NCBI GenBank assembly: GCA_004431415.1
Contig: QPMI01000686.1
Coordinates: 35,478 to 99,477, forward strand
Length of the DNA stretch: 64,000 bases
Origin: Cyanophora paradoxa CCMP329
Lineage: Eukaryota; Plantae; Glaucophyta
Reading direction: 5' to 3'
The stretch's first letter is position 1, and every line of letters begins with the position of its first letter. Of this stretch, positions 47,238 through 57,126 are shown piece by piece. Below the pieces are notes generated by a model that worked only from the letters and a program-made list of their open reading frames with translations, was not told the DNA's origin and did not search any database. The position numbers were made by a program, and so were the translations under genes.

Positions 47238-50200
47238 ATGAGGTGGTGGGAGCATCCAGATGTCAGAGACCTTCCCAACAAGTTCGAATGCAGGTGTCCA
47301 CCCGCAGAGAATCTGTCCGGGCTCTGCGGCAATAACTTCCTGTGCAAGACTCTGTTTCCTAACATTCGCATCGACATGCCCAGCAACGCAGCAGCGGCAT
47401 CGTCATCGCAATCGAGCAACCAACAGCAGTCAGCACCATCGAGCGGCCAGCAGGCGCCGTCCACCTCGAGCGGACAGGCGGCGAGTTCGAGCAGTAAGCC
47501 GCGTAATCGAAAGCGGCCAAATACTAGTGAACCGCCGCGGCCGCGCGGGCGCCCTCGGAAGCAGCCACCAGCACCTGCAGCTGTGGGCGCAGATGGCGCA
47601 GCAGCTTCAGAATCACAGCCAGCAGAGGCAGCGGCTTCGAGCTCGAGCTCGAGGCAGCAACAACAAAAGAAGGGCTCGGCCGCAGCAGCCGGCAAGCGCA
47701 TCGACACCACCGAATTTCGCCACCGAGTCCAGCGGATGTTCGCCGAATCCCGAGGCGCTGAACCGGTCCCAGCAGCATCAGTGCAGCGCGTAACTTTCGA
47801 AGAATATCGAGCCGCTATACAGCGTGTGAAGCCCGGAGCGGTGCTGCTATCTCGCGCCGACATCGAACACGTTAAGTACATCCTCGAAAACCCGGACGCG
47901 CCCGAGCCCAGCGGCAGCCCAGAGCATGTGAAGCGGGTGAAGAATTGGCGCGAGTTCATGAGGGGGAAGTACACGCTGCGCGAGGTTCCAGATCCGACAG
48001 ACAACCTGACAGCGGAGGAGCTCGCCATGCCCAACCCGCGGCCAAGGCGCAAGCTTCGGCTGGTGGTGGAGAAGCAGGTTGACAACCGCTTGAAGCGAGG
48101 AAATTCGGGCGACGCCCCCCCACTGGGCAGGGAGCTGGTGTGTGACGAGGACATTTTCATCTGCATCCAGGTGCGATCGCGGTACAACGCAATTCTCTGC
48201 GCACGCGCAACGCATCTTCAACGCAAGCGTTGGGTTGCTAGCGTTGGACATTCTCAACACATGCGTTGACCATGCGTTGAACAGAATACATTTTAATTTT
48301 TATGTCCACTGCATTGCACTGTTTGTGACGCGGTCATGATCGTGCGCAGCGCGAACACCTTGAGAGCGGGCACAAAGGTGGCACCGGTGTATACAACAAT
48401 GCGAAGCAAAGGTACGCGATTCCTCGCTACCTGGTCCGCATCTACGTCAAGATTTGGTGAGTTTTCTGTCCACCGACAAACCAATCGTGACTAAGACTCA
48501 CCTGCGGTCGTGGGGATGGGGCTGCAGTCCAGTCTGCAAGCTCAAGAACAAGAGGAGGCAGCCCGACGGGATCCTCCATCCAATCAAGGTGATTGGTTTC
48601 TGGGATCGGGCAATTGTCGACTTCTTTGAGATGCCCAAGGCATGGGGCCCCTGCCCCCGCATGGTGAGATGTTGTTATTGATGCGCCTGGCCGCGTGTTA
48701 AAATTTACCTGGGAGTTGCAGGAGTGGCTGCCGGGGTGGAAGTGGAATGAGAGCTCAGGCGAGCTCGAGAGGGTCTGGTACTGGGAGCAAGCAGTGCACG
48801 TGTGCCGGTACGAGAAGAAAATCCCGGATCCCGAATTTCCGGGCTGCTACAAGACGGTCTTTGTCACGGACGTCATTCCGCGATTCTGGGCATTTGTCCT
48901 GGCCATAAAGGTCAGTTTTCGGCACGGTCATGCGCAGATTTCTGCATCCGGTAACGAACAACGGCGAACGCAGGACCACTACACTCGTTTCCTCATCTTG
49001 GAGGCTTGCGAATCAAAGTGCGCAGGCGAAGTTGCTGATCGTCTTCGCGAGAAATTTGCCTACTTCGGCGCATGCACAATCCTGTCCTGCGACAACGGAT
49101 CGGAGTTCAAGAATGATGTGAAATCCCCCGTTATCTCTTGTAAACTTCAATATTAATTATGTTAACGGAGTATGGCAGATCATGAAGGTCCTTATGGCGG
49201 CCTACCCGAACTCGTCCATCGCCTACGGGAAACCGTACACTCCAGAGCACCAGGGCTCTGTGGAGCGCGCGAACAGGGACTCGAAGCCGACGCTCGAGGC
49301 TATTTGCTACGAACGCCGGAACCAGAATGCGGAGGACTGGGCGAACTGGGCCTAGCCATTCCCGATGTATTTAAAATCCTTTCCATACCCCATTTGAAAA
49401 TTCCAAGTGCACTGATCGATGCTGGATTCTCAGGCAATGGAGTCCCACAACAGCATGAAGTTCGCGAACGGGCACAAGATGACACCCATCGAGGCCATGA
49501 CCGGGCGCAGACCTTCACGAAGGCCTTTGGGAATTGAGCCACCGTCGGATCCGACAAGGCCGTACACCGAGAAGGACATTGAGGACCTCCTCGGAGTGCG
49601 CAACGGAATGTCTGCGCATCCCAACGCATGCGTTGGTAATTGTGTTGTCAGGTTGCAAACATGGAGGAAGTGAACAGAGTGTGCGATGACATGGCGAAGT
49701 ACGAAGAAGATATCGCCAACGCTCTTCTGCAGAGGCGGAGAGCCCGCTCTTGAAGGATATCCCGGTGTTCTACGTAGTAAGTGCCGTCAATTCATTGCAA
49801 ATTTTGTCGCACTCTCATCCAACGCATTCTCAACGCATGCGTTGGACAGATCGATCAGTTTGTGCGTGCATTCGGGAATGTCCAGGCATGCGCACGGCTT
49901 GCCGTGTACAGAGACCAGATGAAGGCGTGCGCGGAGAAGCAGGGAGCAGGTCCTGTTATCTACAGTATCGGGGATCGTGTGGCCGTCCTTGTCAAACAGC
50001 TCGGCATGCACGTCCTCCTACAAGCAAGGGTACCTGGGATCGTCACAGAAGTGGTGGACGTCCCGCATGGCCTCTACACGATCAGGACGATGGCGGGTTT
50101 CATTGACACTCCCATTCAGGGAGCACAATTGATCAACATGAACCTCGTGGGCGGTACGTGCAGGGTAGTCCCATTTGCACGAATGTTGCACACTCATCAA

Positions 50201-51708
50201 AAAACTGGTGCAGGTATGCAGACAATCTGGAAGACAATTGAGGAGAACCGTGCGAACAACATAATGAACGGCACCGTTCCTCTCATGACAGCATTCAAGA
50301 GCTTCTGTGGCCAGGCCCCCGGTCTCGACGTGGACCCGTGCAAGTGCAGGGATGGCTGCCTTCCAGAGAAATGCGGCTGTTTCACAAGCGGCCTGGTGTG
50401 CTGCTCGAGCTGCCAGTGCAGCAAGTACGGGTGCAAGAACAAGCGTGAGCGCATCTACCCGGAGACGGCCAGTGTCGGGGAGAAAATCATTCCGCGCCAG
50501 CGTGGCGCAACGGCAGAATCGATCGTCGCGACAATGCAACAGCAGATGGCCCTGTCGACGACAAGTACGGCCCCATCCCGTCTGTTGATGGGATACGACG
50601 GGTGCGTTTTTGTAGCAACGCAAAGCACACGTTTGCGTTCTTCAATTCAACGCTTGCGGTGCAGTTGCGTTGGACTTCCTCTTCTAATTTCCTTTTTCTC
50701 GCAGCTTCTGGCCCCTGGCATGCACACCACCAACAAGCCCCTGCAGGCATTCCTCCGTGCTGCAAACCTGCGCACACAGGTAACAAGGAGGCTCTCAAGC
50801 TGCGAATTCTAGCTTATCTCAAGAAAGAGGAGGAGGATGCCGCTCAGCGTGCAGCCCAAGCAGCCGCAGCACGTGCAGCCAAGCAGCCACAGCCCACGCT
50901 CCGGCCCCACCCGCCCCGTCTACTGCTGCGGCCCGCCTGCCCCATCTCCTGCTGCGGGCCCGCCCGGCCCGTCCCGCGCTCCTGCCCCGCCCGCCCCGTC
51001 TCCTGCTGCGGCCCGCCCGCCCCGTCTCCTGCTGCGACCCCGCCCGGCCCGTCCCGCGCTCCGGCCCCGCCCGCCCCGTCTCCTGCTGCGGCCCCGCCCG
51101 CCCCGTCTCCTGCTGCGGCCCCGCCCGGCCTGTCCCGCGCTCCGGCCCCGCCCGCCCGTCTCCTGCTGCGGCCCCGCCCGCCCGTCTCCTGCTGCGGCCC
51201 CGCCCGGCCCGGCCCGTGCTGCGGCTCCGCCCGGCCCACGCCCGCCACCTCTGCCGCACTATGCACCTGGGGTGGTGCTGCCCCCTGTTGGGTCAGCCCC
51301 AATTGCGAGGGGTCTTGGCCCAGTCCCAGGGGCGGTTCCCGTTATTGGTCCCCACTCCCTCTGGGCCGTCTTTCTCTTCTTCTACCCTGCCATCCTCTGG
51401 ATCCAGCTCTCCCATTCGTGGCCAGTTCGAGTTGGGCCCGCACCTCGGGACACACACGGGGTGCCTGTCCTCCCCAACTCCGGGCCAAGTTACACGCAGG
51501 CAGAGCTTGAAGCCGCCTTGGCAGCACCATGTTACCCACTAGCCCCTCAGTCTAGGCTAGCTATGTCCTCGAGCCCTGTGCGCCCAGTTATGCCCCGGCA
51601 CCCAGCATGGAGCAGCAGATGCAGCAGATGCAGCAGATGATGCAGCACTTTCAGATGATGATGCAGACATTCCAGCAGAATATGGCCAACACTAGGCATG
51701 GTGTATGA
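47238..51708 (+). CDS. Ginger/KRBA2-like integrase-type transposase (AT-hook, H2C2 zinc finger, DDE core, CXC domain, SAP-like motif, Pro- and Gln/Met-rich tail); a few frameshifts
   Basis: PRGRPRK; IQ-REHLESGHKGG...YVKIC-PVCK; AIVDFFEM (D1); DHYTRF; ILSCDNGSEF (D2); GKPYTPEHQGSVERANR (E); MTPIEAMTGR; YSIGDRVAV; CKCRDGCLPEKCGCFTSGLVCCSSCQCSKYGCKN. TGA at 51706-51708. Confidence 0.88.
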
Positions 51709-52043
51709 AGTGTTTGTCAGAAATTTGCTTGAAAGGGAACTGACAGAGATGCGAAAATTGAAAGGGAACTGAGAGAGGGAACCGGGTGTGCAACGGAAAC
51801 GCAACGCATGCGTTGGGAATGCGTTGTGTCCTGCCAGGCTGCATGCAGCGCGCGCTCGGCTGGGGCGTGTCTTATACATATATACTCTTCTTCTTCTTTA
51901 GGAATCATGTACTATAATTTATACTTTATTGCTACTACTACTATACTTTATTGATACTACATTCATTGTCATAGTACAATTTTAGATCTTGAACACGACT
52001 ATAGCTAGTCTACTTGTGTGCGTGCGTTTCAAGAACCCTGGCT

Positions 52044-52231
52044 GTAGTTCGCTTTAAGAACCAGACTAATGTGCTTCATGACTCATAATCGTAGTTCGAC
52101 ATTAGAACCGGACTACTAAGCTTCATGACTCATGATCGTAGTTCGACTTTAGAACCGGACTACTAAGCTTCATGACTCATGATCGTAGTTCAACTTTAGA
52201 ACCCGACTAGTTAGCCTCATGACTCATGATC
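52044..52231. repeat. Four tandem 47-bp repeats between the convergent 3' ends inside the transposon
   Basis: Unit GTAGTTCGACATTAGAACCGGACTACTAAGCTTCATGACTCATGATC starting at 52044, 52091, 52138 and 52185. Confidence 0.92.
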
Positions 52232-52585
52232 GTTGGACGCATGATTGTAGTACAAATCTGAGAACTCTAGAATACTACAAATTGCTTCAGAGCTTCTCGA
52301 GTACTTGTCTAGTACTTGTGACTACAGATCTAGTCACTGAGTTACCTACTAAACTCATCCTTCGAGTTCGAGCGGCCAAATCCTTTGAATTTCCATCCCA
52401 CTCGACTAAGCAGTATCCACTTCACTGTGAGCACGTCCAGCCTGCCCACACTTCAACTTTCATCCCATCAGTACCACAAGTACGACTTGTAAAGTAAGAC
52501 TTGTAAATTGTGCAGAGAACACAAGCTGAAGCAGTTGCACAATGGCTACTTTCTGCACATTAATCTACTTCTACTTCAACAGAAT

Positions 52586-55500
52586 CTACTTCTTGAGCAT
52601 GAAGATGTCCCACTTGTGCCACCAGTTGTCCTTGCCCTCCACTGTTCCCTCGTTGAAGTCCGATATTTCGCCACGCAGCGGCCGCGGGTGTGGCCGGTAC
52701 GAGATAGAACGGCGGAAGGTCCTGCGATCCTCCACCTTTCCTACAGTGACCGCGGGCCATTCCGAAGTGCAAAAGTCATCTCGCCCTCGGCGTCCGTCTC
52801 CTCGTGCTGCATCCAACACGTGAGCAGCGGAAACGCAACGCATGCATTGGAATTGCGTAGTTACCTGCAGGGCTAGGAAGAGTTCGTACTCGGCATCCCA
52901 ATCGAGCTCTACCTGAGCGTACTGCACGTAGTAAACCGTGGATGTGTCGAAGTGCAGGACGCGCCCGGGTGCCTGTCCGTATGCTGTCTTGGACTGGTCG
53001 AATGGCACGAGGATGGTGTGTTCTCTCTCCGTACTCCTCCTGCCGCGAACCACGAGACGCGTTCGTGGCTCGAGATCGAAATGCGGCGGCCATCGCAGCT
53101 TGAGAACTGTTTTCACGATCTGTTTCCGTCCGTTCCAGATGTGCGTTGCCACCTCATCTGCGAGGGCCTTCTTGGAAATGCGGCCCCCACCCAGGTGCCA
53201 CAAAATCGGGTGAGGCCTCAACGCGTGGTTCACATCTCTGCCAAGACGTGTAAGTAATAACGCAATGCCCACAAAATATGCCGTTGCACGCACACAACAC
53301 CGCCGCCGTCTTCCGGAGACGGCTGGACATACAGCTTTTTGTCCGTTCTGCATTTGAAACACGGCAACGCAATATCAACGTTAGCGCTGGAAAAGCGTTG
53401 TGTAAGCGTTGAAAAGTTATGCTCGCCTCAGAATGGGTCTCGAGAGTTGCGGGCGGGCATCCTCTGCGGCTCCTTCTGCGACGTTCAACCTGCAGACATT
53501 ATCTGAATATTTTGTGACGTGAATGGGGCATTGCATACCGCGTGGGAGTGCTGCAGGTTCGGACAGCGTCTAGAAATGTGTCATCGACGGCGACGGGGAC
53601 GACTTCACGCTTGCCCCGTTTCCTGCCACCGTCATCCTGTTTGACTGGCTGAAATATGTATGGCGTCATATATTGGACAACCTCGTCCCCCTGTTTAATG
53701 GCGGCCCCGATGATGATGGGGTCATCCCGCGGCCACTCAATGACCACAACGAGGGGCCTCCCCCGACGATGTCTCCGCTGCGAGACGGGGTTCGAGCTGG
53801 GCGTACTTGTGCGTGTTGCACAGCCTCCAGGGGTGCGACGTCACCCTGGTTGGTGATCCCATACCGCAACAACTTGCTCCGAGCCCGGAGGGAGGTCGTC
53901 GTTGGGCTTTGTGAAGCACAGATACGACGACTTCGCATCGTATGCACTTATGTGCTCTTGTTCGCGATGAAGTGCTGAGCACGACTGAGACTGAGAGGTT
54001 TCTCCGTTCTGATTTACAACAACGCTACATCAACGTATGTACAACGCAAGCGTTGAGTATGCGTTGCAATGCTATGCTCGCCTGAGAAAGGGTTTGGATG
54101 AAAGCTCCAGGATCGAGCCGCCGTCTGTAGAGTTCGAGCTGCACATGTATAATTACAGTCTGATTTATTACAGTACCGATTGTATAATAATTTGCGAGGA
54201 CTGCCCGTGCGCACCCGGTTTCCTGGTTTACGTAGGCCAACCGGCCCCGGGCGGGAGGGAGTATCTTGGGGGCGAGTGGACTCTCTCCGCCTGACTTGGC
54301 TTTTGCGCGCTCTGCCTTGCTGCGAAGCTGCCGAAAGCTGCTCTGCTTTCCAGGATTGAGAAGCTTGGGAAGGGGCGGCAGCTGTCGGGGATTTGGGATT
54401 ATTGGCTCCGCCGCCAGCTCATATGCAGCCTTCCTCTTCTTTCGGCTCTTCTCTGCAGGCGCCTCTGCCAGCTTCTCCGCTGCCACCGCCTTGTCCTTCT
54501 CCTTCAACTTCTTCTCGGCCGCCTTCTGCGCTGCGTGATTAGAACTCTTTCCTATGCCAGGCGCTCGCACAGAGTGACGCGAAAAACTGCACCCTCTCCT
54601 GTGCTGCCGCGGCAGCCTCTGCCTGCGCCTTCGTTTTCGCGGCCTCCTTCTCGGCTGCAGCCTTCTTTGCTGCCGCCGCCTTCTCCTTCTCCTTCGCTTT
54701 CTTCTCGGCCTCCTTCTGCGCTGCGTTATTAAAACTGTTCCCCAGGCCCGGAACGCTCGCAGAGAGTGCCGCGCAACACTGCACCTTTTCCTGTGCTGCT
54801 GCCTGCTCCGCCGTTTTTGCGGCCTGCTTTTCTGCTGCGGCCTTCTTCGCTGCCGCCGCCTTGCCCTTCTCCTTCGATTTCGCCTCGGCCTCCTTCTGTG
54901 CTGCGGTATTAAAACTCTGCACTATGCCCGGGACTGGCACAGATTGCGTTTTTAAGACTGCACCTTCTCTGTCATTGCTGCGGCCTTGGGCTTCTTCGCC
55001 TCCTTCTCCATCTCCTTCTCCTGCTTCTTGCGCTTCCCTGCTTTCTGCTTTTCCTGCTTCGCCTCCTGACCCTTCGTCTCTGCCTTGCGGTTGCGCTTCC
55101 TCGAGCTTGCCGCCTCTGCGTCCTCGTCCTCGTCCTCGCCCTCGTCCTCGCCCTCGTCCTCGTCCTCATTCCCGCTCTCGTTGTCGTCCTCGAGCTTGTC
55201 CTCTACGTCATCCTCCTCGTCGGACTCTGCGGGCACGGAATCAACGAAAATTGCGCTGTATCTTTGCAACGCAATCAACCAACGCAATACCAACGCTTGC
55301 GTTTTCGATGCGTTGTGCATGCGTTGTACACATTGCGCACCTTCGTCTGTCGGGGGGGCGCGGACGCGTGCCTTGCCCTTCTGCTCTGCCACTTTCCTTG
55401 CCGGCTCTGCAAGTGCAAAAGTGCGCGTGAGCCTTGTGCCAACACGGAGGGAAGTTGATTACGTCAACACTATTCATCGTATGTCAATCAACGTATGCGT

Positions 55501-56901
55501 TGAGAGGTGTTGAAATATGCGTTGGGATTGCGTTGGAACAGCGTCGCGTACCTTCGCACGAGTCGTGATGTTCGATTTCCTGCTTCTTCTTGCAATTGGC
55601 CTTCCTCTTCGCCCCGGTCGCCTTGTACCTGCGTGGTAAATTGTTTCCACCGGTCAGTTTCGTATGTGTTGCTCGAAATAATGGAACTCTTGCTCACTCT
55701 CCGCTGTCCACCTTGTCCTTGCCATCCATCCAGCCGGCTACGTTCTCCTCCATCGCCGTCAGCTTGTGAGTCCCTAGGATGAAGTCGGCGACATCCAGAA
55801 TGCCGGGTCGCGAGATGCCCTCAAGCTTGTAGTGGTCGTCCGGCACCTCCTGCTCCGCTTTCCTCATCCTTAGAATGCACAGTCTGTTCGGAGTGTACGC
55901 ATCAGGGCGTGGCATCGTTGCCCCATCTTCAACGCACGCACATGTTCTCAATGTTATGAAAATAGATCTCTTTCTTGCATCTCGTGAGGGATTGAAGGTG
56001 GCTGAGGTCCTTCTTGTCGAATGGGGTGAGCAGCGGCCGCAGTCTGCTCAGCGTGTCGTGCGTTTTGCGGGTGCCGCCCCGCACTTCTGCATCCGCGAGA
56101 GAGCGTGAGCTCGAGATATAAACTTAAATTCTAGCTCGATAACTGAAATGAAGGGACGGCACCTTCAGAAACAGCCAGGCTCGCGGGCATGTCTCCGGAG
56201 TGTACTCCCCCCCCGATCCCTCGATCGGCTCGTCCCACAGTAGCCGCACGACGTCCCGTGCCGTGTTGCAGTCCCCAGTGCCGCGCTTGCCATCCGTGTC
56301 CTCCTTCAGGTAGTTCGCGCCTGTCGCCGCCCTCTTCTTTGCTCGAGGTTCACCTGCAGAGGCGAGCGCAGCTCCGACGGATGTCTGGACCTGCAAGCGC
56401 AACACCTCCACGAGCGAACTCAGCTGCGCCGAGTCCGACGAAGTCGCCGCCTGAACCGGCTGCTGCGCCTTGCCGCGCTTCATGAGCTTCACAAGTTCGG
56501 GGTCGGCGTTGCTGTCGCCGTCCTCGTGCGCTGGCTGCATGTCCCGCCGCACGACGTAGAAGAAACATCCGGGACTGAGCTTCGGCAGCTTCCGAGACGC
56601 AGTCCTCAGATCGAGGGTGTCCGCCTCCGGATCGTAGAAGTACAGGTCCAGGCCCGCAGGTCCGACGGATTGCGTGAAGCGGAGCTGCCGCTCCGCATCC
56701 TTCATGAGCTCCGCAGGCCATCCCGTGCCTCCCTCGACCTCGATGGTCACCGTCGCTGCGTCACGGGCAAGGTGCACGCGCGGTCGGGCATCATGATCAG
56801 CGCGGCGCCCGGTGCGCGCCTTCGCATCACAGCTCAAGAGTATCGAACCTTTGGTCGTAGTAAGGCCCTTGCTTGGCCACTTTGCCCTTCTTGGGCGCCA
56901 T
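52586..56901 (-). CDS. Large multi-exon orphan accessory gene of the transposon (globular N- and C-terminal regions, acidic tract, three duplicated Lys/Ala/Glu-rich exons)
   Basis: ATG 56901 MAPKKGKVAKQGPYYDQ; exons VHLARDAATV...RAWLFLK, LCILRMRKAEQ, ESDEEDDVEDKLEDD, 3x SFNxAAQKEAE..KEK, VVIEWPRDDPIII, DVNHALRPHPILWHLGG...YELFLALQ, joined by GT/GC-AG introns. The 3' end is uncertain (52586 or about 52741) and this could be two genes. Confidence 0.65.
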
Positions 56902-57017
56902 GTGCGGACCGCCCCGCCCGCTGCCGCAGTGCTGTCTGCCGGCTGCTGCTGTGCGCACTACCTACTAGCCTAGTAGTATAGTACTATTGCATCATACGCT
57001 GCGAGTCGTAGTAACCC

Positions 57018-57124
57018 CCCCAACGCAAGCTCCGGCTGCGCTGGCCGGCGCATTTTTTTCTGCGATGGCTCAAAAGCGTGCGCCATAAAATAAGATGGCG
57101 CGCCATTTTATTTGGCGCACTACA
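57018..57124 (-). repeat. Right terminal inverted repeat
   Basis: Ends ...ATTTTATTTGGCGCACTACA at 57124. Confidence 0.95.
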
Positions 57125-57126
57125 GA

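Larger units (their letters stand above)
46981..57124. mobile_element. Ginger-type (integrase-like DDE) DNA transposon, about 10.1 kb, with two convergent intron-containing genes
   Basis: About 108-bp TIRs starting TGTAGTGCGCCAAATAAAATGGCGCGCC (46981-47089; inverted 57018-57124), TGT...ACA termini, and an internal H2C2 + rve-type transposase with no RT. No clean TSD. Confidence 0.9.

Noticed and set aside
49345-49365. In-frame TAG in the transposase after DWANW
   Set aside because: Adding one G restores NWGLAIPD and a phase-0 donor, so it is an indel rather than readthrough. I cannot tell real decay from read error.
52044-52231. CRISPR-like array interpretation of the 47-bp or 151-bp repeats
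   Set aside because: Units are contiguous with no unique spacers, there are no cas genes, and the context is eukaryotic.
48171-55552. Motif-bearing introns as Introner-type mobile introns
   Set aside because: The introns differ in length and sequence outside the hexamers and lack shared termini or TSDs, so they are not copies of one element.
46981-57124. Polinton/Maverick, virophage or LTR retrotransposon identity for the 10-kb element
   Set aside because: No recognisable pPolB, packaging ATPase, capsid, protease or RT motifs. TGT...ACA TIRs plus a stand-alone integrase fit Ginger.
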